Source: Cetorhinus maximus (lineage: Eukaryota). Taken from it: a stretch of DNA of 64,000 bases. Numbering within the stretch: position 1 is the first letter of the stretch; every line of letters starts with the position of its first letter. This document shows positions 1 to 12,248 of this stretch, piece by piece. The notes below the pieces were generated by a model. The model did no database searches and was not told the origin of the DNA. It saw only the letters and a program-made list of their open reading frames with translations. The stretch is from positions 60,574,001-60,638,000 of the forward strand of contig NC_135898.1 in the NCBI RefSeq assembly GCF_964194155.1, given 5' to 3'. Position numbers and translations under genes: made by a program.

Positions 1-258
1 TTACTAATAGTTTTTTTCAGTTTCTCATTCTTACTAGTTGCTTGGTTCTCTCTGGTATTCCTGGGAGGCATTTTGTATAATCTCCTGTGAAGACAGACAC
101 AAAGTATTTGTTTAGTTTCTCTGCCATTTCCTTATTCCCCATTTTCAATTCTCCTGTCTCTGCCTGCAATGAGCCCACATTTGTCTTTGTTAACCTTTTC
201 CTTTTTACATACCTATAGAAGTTTTTACAGTCCATTTCTTTATTTCTCGCCAGTATAC
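1..258 (-). mobile_element. CR1-clade LINE ORF2 fragment (endonuclease-RT linker)
   Basis: ORF 17..235 reads KNFYRYVKRKR...EMAEKLNKYFVSVFT, the typical CR1 ORF2 linker motif. Confidence 0.85.
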
Positions 259-3200
259 CTTTTTAAAAAAGAAAATGTAAACAAGGTACAGAATTGCACT
301 AGAGTAATGGAATGTGAAACAAAAGTTGTTGATACTATCCAAAGCGCTGATTGAACCTCATCTGAAGTTCTGAATGCAGATTTGCGCACTAGCCCAGAAG
401 GAGATTATCACCCTCGGGCATATCTTGTTTTATTGCTTTTAAAACTAATCATTTAACATTGTCAAGTTTGAACTTGGACTTGTATTCCATGGAATATGTA
501 TTTCAATGTATGCCAGCTGTAAAATATCATTGCAACTTGGCCAAACAACGTGTAATTTTCTTTCTGCACAGCTGAAATGGCAAATTTAAAGTATATATTT
601 ATTTTGCTTGCAGTCAAAAGGAGCAAGCGTTGCCAATTGCCTAATTTACAAATGAAAGAAATCCAGCTTCAGGACCAAGACAATCCTTGTAATTTAATAC
701 TTTATCTTCATTTAGGAAATTTTCAAATTAGCCATTCAATATGTATGTAGTGAGGTGAGAGATGGTTCAATTTAATAAATAAGAGGTATCCTTTATCTGC
801 ACAAATGTTGTAAATTCACACTGTAAGAGGCATTGGAAATTCAATCTATTAAGAACTTTCCTATTTCTTTTTTCACTTGTGCATCATCAAGAGTCTCCTT
901 TGAGATAAGTTGGTATTCCATTGTTCTCTACTATGACTCCTTTATTTTCATATGCTGCAACACCTTGTGGTAAAATATTACATTTTTATCCCTAATTATT
1001 TAATATTTTGCAGACAATTCTAACAATTCAGGAAACTGCTTTCTGTCTATGTGCTCAATCTTTGACAGTAAGTCTCAAGCTTTAGGTGTTATGATGTCAA
1101 TGATTGGCTTGCAGTGGGATTATAAAATAGTCAGTTCTTTTTTCCAATGATGCTGCTGAGTCAATGACAGTGACTTCAAAACACCCTGAAAAAAATTAAT
1201 TAATAGTGAGTTGATATTTTAAGAGAATAAGCCATGCTTTAGAAACTGGTTCATGCCTGGCTTTGGGCATAAACTCAATTGTGACTATGAACTGCAGCAC
1301 TGAAACTAATGCACAAGGTAACACAAATAAGTTTTAAATGGTGCATTTCATAGTTAAAAGCTAAACATTGCGCCTTTTAATCAAAATCTTAGAACTCTAC
1401 TGAAAAATTGTGGACTCCAAGTAGATTTAAAGCAAGGAGTGTCACATTAACCTAAAATGAACCTGCTAACTTGCCCCAAGAACACACAATCGTTTATTTA
1501 ATAGAACTCACTGACCAAATCCTTTCTCATATACTATTTGTCATTTTCAGCATAAGGTGATCAATATCTAGGCTTTGAAATAAATAATATATTATAACTG
1601 TCACAATAAGTTACATCATCTAGAACTGATCATATTTGAAACATAAAGCACAACATTGGCTAATATTGGATATAAAAGTTCAGTTGGTTTTTTTTTAAAA
1701 GGAAGGTGAAGAGAGCAGCAGTTGAAACAATGCTGTATTATTATTCCCTCCACAACAGCCTTGAGAATGTTTCATTGTCAGAGGGCATTATTATGCTGCA
1801 GGTTTAGTGCCAAATTTGCCCTGCTAGTTGAATAAATTTGGCACAGACTCAGTAGCCTAAACCCCACATCACCTTGTGTTGTGCTTTACTGCATATTGGC
1901 ATTGTGTCTGCTCCCAGTATAAAAACTAGAGTTGACAGCGTCTCAGAAATTTGTTCTTAAAGGAGTATCCCAGACCATCTTGTTGCAGTAGTTAGATTTC
2001 AGTGTATGGTGGCAGATGCACAGGCTATGAACATTGATCCCCTTGTTTTCACCAAATTCTGGAGCAACAGTATGTATGAACAGACACAGTGCAAGCATGT
2101 ACACAGCAAGTGACATTCAGAGGAACAAGGAGTGTGACTTATGGGGAAGTATGACCTTGAGTGCAAATGATATGGATTGTTGAATGCCCTCTGACTCACA
2201 TGGTGCCCCATATTACTCTTGTACTGTTACAACTGGAATATGGCATGGAATTCCACTTAAATGTGCTATTGTGCACATTGTAGAGCAAAATTTGTAAACA
2301 GGCAATTTGAAGAATACATTGTTTTATATAGAAGATTATCTGCAGTAGCTATGAGAACGTTGCTGTACATATTATTGTTTTTCAGATACCAATATTTTTT
2401 CTGTCTGTGTTCAAGGAAAGAAGGAACAGATATAATTAAAGACTATAAGGATCCCGATGTAAAGCTTGGATTTTCTGGGTTTTTTGCCAGTGTTGTGGAT
2501 TGCTGCTAATATGCTTCTGAAAAAAAATTGGTATTGATTTTTTTTCTCAGTCTTGCAAAAATGTAATGAGATACAAAACTGATTACACAGATAATTTTGA
2601 CGAGGTGAAGGGTTATAAGCTGGCTATCAGTTAATGATCTTTATATATTAAAAAGACATAAGTGCAAAGTAGTTTCATTTCTAGGGAAAAGAATTAGCGC
2701 AAACACACCCATCACATCATATATATACTTTCAGACTGTCCTTCACTATTATCAGTTGCCCTTTCATCTATGTGACATTATTGTACCAATTTCAATGTGC
2801 ATGCATAACAATAAAAGAAAAAATCTCCAACATCAATCAATACTAAAAAGAATGAAATTCCTGTTGATTAATTTAAGGCTGTTTGGGCTGTGATGTAGGC
2901 TGCTTCTGCTCTGCCACTCAACCACAGTTGCTTTTTGCTCCACTCTTCTACCAAAGCTGAAGCCATATTTTGCTCTACTCCCTGCTAGTCAATCCAATAG
3001 GACATCTCTAGTGTATAAAATAACAAAGGATACCTAGTTCTGAGCTTAACGGTCTGTTCATTTTAGTTATTTGTAGTCAGAGACCTGGTTTATAAAATCT
3101 ATAGGCCATATTATTCAGTTTTTAATGAAAGGTCTGCATAGTAGTAAAAGCCACTAACAAAGTATTCATCTGTTTAGCATTGCTTTGAAGACTCTTCCTA

Positions 3201-3854
3201 TCCAAACTTTGGGGGGGAAAAATAACGAAATCAAGAAAAGCTTTTTTGCTTTTACAGCTTGTCAAAAGCAAATCATGGACAAATTGAGTAGAATTATTTG
3301 GAGGACGAGAGATAAATGTTAGTAAATATTGAGCTCCTGGTCAAACATACCATTTGTAAAGTTAACCCTTGGAGCTATTTCAAAATATCAACACAGCTGC
3401 AGTCACACAGGAAAGATAAGCAAGAGATGGCAATAGAAAGGACAGAGAACAACAAATCTTAACCTTTAGTTCTCGAGTGCAAACACATAAAATGAACTTA
3501 GAATTTTGTAATTGGGGTGCTATTCGTGAATCTGCTGTTTTGTGGTGATCCTCTACAAAGCATATCCCATCACAAGTGAAGGAGATTTGGACTTGTGTCC
3601 CATTCAATTCATTGTAACACTGATTTCCCATAATCTATCTTGCCAAGTGTACTTTTAGTTTTTCCCTGTTATCCTTTCCTAATCCAACATTTTCCAGTCC
3701 CAGTTCAGTGACCGTGAGGTTCTGGTATACCATCACTTTAATCCCTGCTCCATGTTTTACTTTGTGAATATCTTAGCAGTCACATATGGCATCTTTATAT
3801 TTTGACAATATAAAACTATATTTTTCTTTAAATAAACTGTTGCTTTTTAAAATT

Positions 3855-4433
3855 TTTCATGGGATTAGAGTGTCACTGGCAAGACCGGAGAGCCACATTC
3901 TCGAGCCATTGCAGTCCATGTGGTGTAGTTACACCCACTGTTAGGAAAGGAGTTCCAGGATTTTGACCCAGCAATAGTGAAGGAACAGTGATATAGTTCC
4001 AAGTCAGGATGGTGAGTAGCTTGGAGGGGAACTTGCAGGTGGTGGTGTTCCTGTGCATCTGCTGCCATTGTCCTTGGAGATTGTGAGTTTGAAAGGTGCT
4101 GTCGAAGGAGTGTTGGTGAATTTCTGCAGTGTATTTTGTATTTGGTAAACACTGATGCCACTGTACATCAGTGATGGAAAGAGTGAAAGTTTAAATTGTT
4201 GGATGGGGTGCTGACCAAGTGGGCTGCTTTGGCAGATGGTCTTTGAGTGTTGTTGAAGCCATACACATCCAGGAAAGTGGAGGGTGTCCCATCACAGTCC
4301 TGACTTGTGCCTTGTAGATGTTGGACAGGCTTTGGGAAGTCAGGAGGTGAGTAACTCATCGCACGGTTCCTAGCCTCTGACCAGCTCTGGTAGCCACAGT
4401 ATTTGTATGGCTTGTCCCATTCAGTTTCTGATT
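3855..4433 (-). mobile_element. CR1-clade LINE family A, 3' part (interrupted copy)
   Basis: Collinear with 7310-7945; contains SFTIAGSKSWNSFP, a LINE ORF2 C-terminal motif; stops and frameshifts present. Confidence 0.85.
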
Positions 4434-5774
4434 AGAACCATAGAAAAGTTACAGCACAGAAGGAGGCCATTCGGCCCATCTTGTCCATGCCAGCCTGACG
4501 ACACCTAGGTGCCCTTTCTAATCCCACCTTCCTGCACCCGGCTCATAGCCCTGCAGCTGATAGCACTTAAGATGCAGATCCAGGTACTTTTTTAAAGAGT
4601 TTAAAGTTTCTGCCTCTACCACCAACTTGGGCAGCGAATTCCAGACATCCACTAACCTCTGCGTAAGAAAGTTCTCCCTCATGTTCTCCCCACCCCACCA
4701 CACCTGCCACTTATCTTGAATCCATGTCCCCTGGTTCTAGAATTCTCCACCAAGGGAAGCAATTTTATCCTGTCCGCTCTATCTATTCCCCTCATAATTT
4801 TATACACCTCAATCAAGTCACCTCTCAGCCTTCTTTGTTCTAAGGAAAATAACCCCAACCTATCCAATCTCTCCTCGTAGCTACACTTTTCTAACCCTGG
4901 CAACATTCTTGTAAACCTCCTCTGCACTCTCTCCAGAGCTAGTACGTCCTTCCTGTAATGTGGTGACCAGTTGTGGCCTCACCAGTGTTTTATACAATTC
5001 CAACATTACATCCTTATTTTTATATTCTATACCTCTGCCAATGAAGGAGAGCATTCCATATGCCTTCTTTACAACCTTGTCTACTTGAACTGCTGCCTTC
5101 AGGGACCTGTCTACTGACCTGTGTACTTGTACGCCAAGATCCCTCACTTCATCTACCCCTCTTAGTATATTCTCATTTATTGTGTAATCCCTGTAACTGT
5201 TTGACCTCTCTAAATGTATGACCTCACACTTCTCTATGTTAAAATTCATGTGCCACTTTACCGCCTATTCCACTAACTCATCTATATCGTTTTGGAGGTT
5301 ATGGCTATCCTCTATACTATCCACTACTCAGCCAATTCTTGTGTCATCTGCAAATTTTACAATCATGCCCATCATGTTCACATCCAAATCGTTTATATAT
5401 AACACAAACAGCAAGGGTCCCAACACCGAGCTCTGTGGAACACCACTTGAAACAACTTTCCATTCGCAAGGGCATCCATCGACCATTACCCTTTGTTTCC
5501 TGTTACAAAACCAACCTTTTATCCAGTTTGCCACATTACCCTGAATCCCATGGGCTTTTACTCTCCTGACCAATCTGCTATGTGGGACCTTGTCAAATGC
5601 CTTGCTGAAATCCATGTACGCAACATCCACTGCACTACCTTCATCAACCCTTCTTATCACTTCCTCAAAGAATTCAATCAAAATTGTGAGGCAAGACCTT
5701 CCTTTAACAAATCCATGCTGACCATCCCTGACTAGTGCATGCCTTTCCACATGACAGTTAATCCTATCTCTCAG
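4434..5774 (-). mobile_element. CR1 LINE family B, 5'-truncated RT and 3' tail, nested in family A
   Basis: ORFs give QHGFVKGRSCLT, YMDFSKAFDKVPH, SGVPQSSVLGPLLF, KFADDTRIG, QRRFTRMLPGL, VWNSLP; CR1-type tail agaaccatagaaaagttacagc at 4434. Confidence 0.93.
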
Positions 5775-6712
5775 GATTGATGGTAACCCTCAGGATGTTG
5801 ATGGTGGGGAATTCAGTGATAGTAATTCTATTAAATGTAAAGGAGCAATGGTTAGATTCTCTCTTGTTGGAGATGATCATTGCCTTGCACTTGTGTGGTG
5901 TGAAAACTACATGCCACTTGTGAGCCCAAGCCTGGATATTGTTCAGGTCTTGCTGCATATGGACACAGACTGCTTCTGGATCTGAGGAGTTGTGAATGGT
6001 ACTGAACATTAGCAAACATCCCCATGTCTGACCTTATGATGGAGGGAAAGTCATTAATGAAGCAGCTGAAGATGCTTGGAACTACTGTAGCAATGACTTG
6101 GGACTGAGATGATTAGCCTCCAACAGCCACAAGCATTTTCCTCTGATTCCCATTGACTTCAATTTTGCTAGGGCTCCTTGATGCCACACTTGGTCAAATG
6201 CTGCCTTGATGTCAAGAACATTCCACTTTCACCTCACGTGTACTTCAACTCTTTTTTTTTCATGTTTGGACCAAGGCTATAATGAAGCCTGGAGCTGTGT
6301 CACCATGGCAGAACCCAAACTGAGCATCATTAAGCAGGATATTGCTGAGTAAGTGCCACTTATAGCACTGTCTGCAACACCTTCCATCATTTTCTGGTAA
6401 TCGAGAGTAAACTGTTGGGGCAGTAATTGACCAGATTGGATTTGTCCTGCTTTTTGTGAACTGAACATGCCTGGGCAATTTTCCACATTGCCAGTGTTGT
6501 AGCTGTACCAGAAAAGCTTGGCTAGAGTCATGGCTATTTCTGGAGCACAAGTCATCAGTCTTACTGCCAGGATGTTATCATGGTTCTTGGCCTTTGCAGT
6601 TTCAGTGCCTTCAGTCATTACTTGATGTCGTGAAGTGAATTGAATTGACTGAAGGCTGGCACCTGTGATGCTGGGGACCTTGGGAGGAGGCCAAGATGAA
6701 TCACCCACTTGA
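5775..6712 (-). mobile_element. CR1-clade LINE family A, upstream RT part of the interrupted copy
   Basis: Resumes homology to 7950-8460 where 4433 left off; MQQDLNNIQAWA, CAPEIAMTLAKLF and AQFGF motifs. Confidence 0.85.
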
Positions 6713-7309
6713 TCTTGTTATTTTACAGTAAGAACGATATGCAGAACAGGGTTAAATTTCCAATATGTACCGAAGCATGTCCACCTGAGATATATATTGG
6801 GAAACTCAGACCTGCATTGTATATGATTTTCAGACTGTTCATAAAATGATCTTAATACAAGCAAAACGTGCCCCTGAATTTCCAATAGATGATCCATCAG
6901 GAAAGTGAAAAATATTGCATAAATTTTCATACTGATATGTACAACACAACTTTTAAAAGACAGCATCAGAAAATTTGAGAGCTATCTTGTCCGTCAGAGG
7001 GAATTTCTCAACTTGTCGTTCTATCTGTCCCATTCTATAACTGTGTGATCATTTGTTTTACAATGATTATCACCGTGTTATTACATTATATTACAGAGTA
7101 TAGTTACATTACTCAGTGTACATCATTTATTGTTACATTACATACTCTCTGCTATGTTATACTGTTATTCAGTTTTTATATTTTTTCTCCTATAATTGTC
7201 CATGTGTCACTCTCCCTATTATATCATAGCACCGGGTTATATCAGAGGTATTTTGTTATTTTACTGAAACTGAATAACTTCCTTTCTGCTGTATTACATT
7301 CTGCCTATC

Positions 7310-8460
7310 TTTCTTTCATTTACAGGATGAGGGCGTCGCTGGCTGGGCCAGCATTTATTGCCCATCCCTAATTGCCCTTGAGAAGGTGGTGGTGAGCTGC
7401 CTTTTTGAAACACTGCAGTCTGTGTGGTGTAGGTACACCCATGGTCCGGTTAGGAAGGGAGTTCCAGGATTTTGACCCAGCGACAGTGAAGGAACAGCAA
7501 TGTATTTCCAAGTGAGGATGGGAGTGACATGGAGAGGAACTTTTCAGGTGGTGGTGTTCCCATGTGTCTGCTGCCCTTGTCTTTCTAGATAGTCGTGGGT
7601 TTGGAAGGTGCTGTCTAAGAAGCCTTGGTGAGTTTCTGCAGTGCATCTTGTAGATGGTACACACTGCTACCACTGTTCATCAGTGGTGGAGGGAGTGAAA
7701 TTTTGTGGATGGGGTGTTAATCAACCGGGCTGCTTTGTCCTGGATGGCGTCAAGCTTCTTGAGTGTTGTGACAGCTGCTCTCATCCAGGCAAGTGGGGAG
7801 TATTCCATCACACTCCTGACTTGTGCCTTCTAGATAGTGGACAGGCTTTGGGAAGTCAGGAGGTGAGTTACTTGACACAGGTTTCCTAGTCTCTGACCAA
7901 CTCTTGTAGCCACAGTATTTAGTTGGCTATTCCAGTTCAGTTTCTGGCGAATGATAAACCCCAGGACGTTGATAGTGGGGGATTCAGTGATGGTAATGCC
8001 ATTGAATGTCAAGGGGCGATGGTTAGATTCTCTCTTGTTGGAGATGGTCATTGACTGGCACTCGTGTGCAGTGAATGTGACTTGCCACTTGTCAGTCCAA
8101 GCCTGGATATTGTTCAGGTCTTGCTGCATTTGGACATGGACTGCTTCAGTATCTGAGGAGTCATGAATGATGCTGAAAATTGTGCAATCATCAGCTTCTG
8201 ACCTTTATGATGGAAGGAAGGCTATTGATGAAGCAGTTGAAGATGATTGGGGAACCTGAGGAACTCCTGCAGGGATGTCCTGGAACTGAGATGATTAACC
8301 TCCAACGACCACAACTATCTTCCTTTGTGATAGGTATGACTCCAACCAGTGGAGAGTTTTCCCCCTGATTCCCATTGACTCCAGTTTTGCTAGGGCTCCT
8401 AGATGCCATACTCGGTCAAATGCTGCCTTGATGTCAAAGACAGTCACTCTCACATCACCT
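7310..8460 (-). mobile_element. CR1-clade LINE family A, 5'-truncated copy with intact 3' tail
   Basis: FNCFINSLPSII, MQQDLNNIQAWTDKWQVTF, SFTVAGSKSWNSLP; tail gcatttattgcccatccctaattgcccttgagaagg. Confidence 0.9.
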
Positions 8461-8560
8461 GGTTCCACTCTTACCTATCTAATTTATCCAGGGCATCTCC
8501 AACAACAGTTGCTTCTTGCCCCTGAGCTTTACTTCCCATAATCCTGCCCTTGAACCTTTG

Positions 8561-8778
8561 TCTTTTTTTTATTCATTCACAGGGATGTGGACTTCACTGG
8601 CTAGGCCAGCATTTATTGCCCATCCCTAATTGCCCTTGAGAAGGTGGAGGTGAGCTGCCTTCTTGAACAGCTGCAGACCATATGGTGTAGCAATAGCCAC
8701 AGTGCTGTTGGGAAGGACCTTTCAGGATTTTTGCTCAGCAACAATGAAGGAATGGTGATAGTTCAGAATATTGATGGT
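8561..8778 (-). mobile_element. CR1-clade LINE family A, short 3' fragment
   Basis: Same 3' tail as the copies ending at 7310 and 23515, preceded by a poly-T run. Confidence 0.85.
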
Positions 8779-8809
8779 GTTCCTTATCTACATGCTGCTC
8801 CTTGGTATC

Positions 8810-9693
8810 TGTCATGAAAGTATAATAATTCTCATAACATAATTGTGATTTATTATAAAAGTAGGTGAATAGTGGGGTTTGGATAGTTTGTGTCTGTGAT
8901 TTAATTACATCTTGTAGCCAAGCAGGCTGCTTGAAGTTATCAAAAGAAGTAAGAAGTAATTGTCTTTAATATGTTAATGAGTAAACATGGTTGGGGTCTT
9001 GGCATGTAAGGTGTAAAGGGAATTTGCATTTTTAGATGGCAAGGGGGATTTGTTTTTCAAAGGGATCTCAGTCTGATTCCACCAGCCAGACAAGCAAGCT
9101 GAGGAATGTTTATTTTTCTCTAGGGCTATTGACAATATATAGTGACAACATGGAAATATTTATATTATGAGAAAGATAAAGTCCCAAAAACATGTGGACA
9201 ATGGAATTTACACATTGAAGGGTGAAACATGTATAAAAGAGAATAGGGCTATGTCAGGGGTGAGGCATTGTAAGATCTACCAGGAGTTTGAGAAGCCTCC
9301 AGTATTTGTGCATTAAACCTGCTGCCTACAGAAACCAAAGCTGGGAAAAGCCACTTTGAATTCTACTGTCCAGGGTATTGTGTTAACTTGCTGGAATCTC
9401 TTTAAAATCTATTTTTTTTACTGTTGCCTTAACGGGGTGTAACTGGAAACCAGATTAATTAGGGGTTTTAGGAGTAATTTGTAGACCTGTGTATATGCTT
9501 GAAATATTTTCTTGTGTTAATAAATGTTTCATTTAGTTTTTTAAAAAATCTCTGAAGTCTTGGTGGACTTATTACTTCTGAATTCAGGGCACACCTCTCA
9601 AAATAAATACAAATTGCAAAACCATTGTGATAGCGTAATCAAGTCCCCTCATGGATTTGATCCACCTGGCACATATCATCTACTGCGTCATAA
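8810..9693 (+). mobile_element. Solo-LTR-like element inserted into an L2 RT
   Basis: Starts TGTCATGA and ends TCATAA; TATAAAA at 9232, AATAAA at 9519; flanks rejoin as L2 RT sequence (IYMLLLG / AIVHRH). Confidence 0.6.
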
Positions 9694-9694
9694 G

Positions 9695-10625
9695 TGCCAT
9701 TGTCCACAGACATCAGGTTACCTTTCACGCGTGCGGTGACAATATCTAGCTCTGCTTCTCCACCGCATTTCTGAACATCTCGACTACCCTTGTGCTGTCA
9801 GACTGCTTTACTGTTATCTGGTCTTGGAACTGCAATTTCTACCAATTAACTATTGAGAAGACTGAAACCATTGTCTTTGGCCACCACCATAAACTTCGTA
9901 CCTTCTTCATCAATTCTGTGGCCATTGTCTCAGCCTGAATCAGACTTTTCTCAACCTTGGCATAATATTCAACCCTGAGCCGAACTGAATATACCATATC
10001 CGCCATATCACCAAGATCGGCTATTTCTAATTCCATAACACCTCCCATAACATTATCTGCCCTTGTTATAGTCCATCTGCCACTGAACCTTCATCCAAGC
10101 CTTTATCACCTCTGGATTTTGTTACTCTCCTGGTCAGCCTCCCATTCTCCAACTTCTGTAAACTTCAGTTCATCCAAACCTCAACTGCCTGCATTCTATC
10201 CCACACAATGTCCGGTTCAATTATCATACATGTTCCTCGGTTCCAGTGCTCCAATACCTCTGGCTTAAAATTCTCACCCCCTCGTTTAAATCTCCTTATG
10301 GTTTTTCCCACCCCTATTTTTATACTCCTGCAGCCCCATCACCCCCTTAAGAGTTTCCATTCCTCTGACTCTGATCTTTTATGTATGACCCATTCATTTC
10401 GACCCACTCATTTCACCCCACTATTGTCCCAATGCTCCTGAAATCTCACCAGCTTTCTACCTCCACCTGCTGCTCCAAAGCCTCACTTAAACCCACCACT
10501 TTGACAACATTTTTGGTGATCCCTCCTAATATTCAGTGTCCATTTTTGCCTGATTACATCTTTGTAAGTTTGTTTTGATGGTTTGCTATGTTAAAGAAAC
10601 AATATGAATGTAAGTTGCTATAGTT
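9695..10625 (+). mobile_element. Decayed L2 LINE, RT to 3' end (30-bp piece also at ~8779-8808)
   Basis: Degenerate RT core, FYQLTIEKTETIVFG, KLQFIQ motif and L2-type tail tatgttaaagaaacaatatgaatgtaagttg. Confidence 0.75.
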
Positions 10626-10704
10626 ATGTTGTTTTATATATGGTCACTCTTGCTCTCTGCTCTGTTAAATTCTATACTGTACTATATCATGAAACCCATT
10701 GATC

Positions 10705-11583
10705 TGTGGCGATTGTAACATTTAAGGTACAGTATGTTCCAATGCTTGTTACATTGACACCTGCCTGATAACAAGGGTGGGACCCTCTTGGAGTGTTTTG
10801 GTAGGTCCCCCAGATCAGTTCAAGAGACAGTGAACAACTCTTCTAAGGTAGTCGGCTTCGGGGAGCCAGTCAAGAAGTGTCACAGACAGGGACAGGCTGA
10901 AGTTCTAGTTAAGTTAAGTTAAAGAAAGAGCTGGGGGGAGCAGCCTTTAAGTAATGAGGGCCATTGGGGCAAAGATACCCCTTTGGTGCAGTGGTGTTCT
11001 GCTTGGCAGGGCCGTAGATCTGAAAGTGTGCTTTTAAGCTCGTGTTTGAGTTACTTGGGAATATAGGGAGAAAGAATCCCAGAAGGCGAGATTGGAACTC
11101 TGTGTGGTTGGTCATTGTTAACTCCATCCAAGTGGGAGTGAAGTTTAGAAAGAATTCTAAGGCAGGATCTTCAAAGGTGAAGATTGGAAACCCTCATGAG
11201 AAAGACGAAGTTTCAATGATATTGGTTGACTCCCAGTTGACTAATGTCTAGGTGGGTTCTTGAGAAATCAAGGACTCTGTCTTGGTTGCATCTGTTATTT
11301 ACATTGTAGTGTAATGTGTTCGACCACAGATCATCTGTTAATTCACATGTGCCTCATACTTACCCTGAATGTTAGGGTATAAAATACATATTGTAAATTG
11401 TTTTATCTTTCTGAACATGTATAGTAAATTTTGTTTCTTTGTTTATTCAAAACCCATGGAATCTTGTGGCTTTGTTCTAAAAACAGCTGTCTTGAATCTC
11501 AACCTTTATCTGCTTTAAACAAAACATTTAGTCCCTAACCGGACCTCCCCTCAAGTCCTGGGATCTGGCCAAGGATCGTAACA
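10705..11583 (+). mobile_element. Solo-LTR-like element
   Basis: Imperfect inverted termini TGTGGCGAT...ATCGTAACA, ~880 bp, non-coding, T-rich 3' third; no clear target-site duplication. Confidence 0.5.
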
Positions 11584-12248
11584 ACTATAATAATATTTGA
11601 TGTTTTAATATTTTATTTTTACCTCTTTCATTATGTTAGGTGTAATAGATAGTAAAAGTTGATCAAATAAATATTATGTGTTTTCTTTAGAAAAACACCT
11701 GATGGCATTCCAGAAAGTTGTGATTGTGTTCAGGAGGTAAATTTGAAAACCCCCTGTTAACTTTGACAGACTATGAGGAGCAATGAGAAGGAATTATTAC
11801 ATTCAGAAAAATGTAGATTGTGTTGACAGAAGTGAATATGTGCATAGAGAGTCCTATCTGTTCCACAGAAGTGCATTACATATTGCCATGCCACAGACTC
11901 CCTTTATTTACATTAGTTAAGTGACTCACTAGCTGTTTGAGAAGCTTTAAAGTGTCAACGATATTAGGGGTGGGTTGTGATTAGCTGAGTTCCCACTTTG
12001 TTACATTGCATTAAGTCATCGATCTAAAAATAATGCATGCCTTTCAGTTTGTTGTTAGATTGAAATAATGTCTGAAAAAGAAGTTATTAATCCATTTTCA
12101 AATAACCTGGAGCTAGTTTTCTGGTTTATCTGCTGCCTGTGCGGTACTGGTGAGGCTTGCATCAATAAGGTGACTGGCCACATTTCTCTTCCACATATTT
12201 GTAGATACAACTTCCATTGCTGTTCACCATTTTTCAAATATTGCTGAT

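Noticed and set aside
7040-7305. Hydrophobic 108-aa ORF resembling a membrane protein
   Set aside because: T/A-rich low-complexity DNA (tta/ttac repeats) yields such peptides by chance
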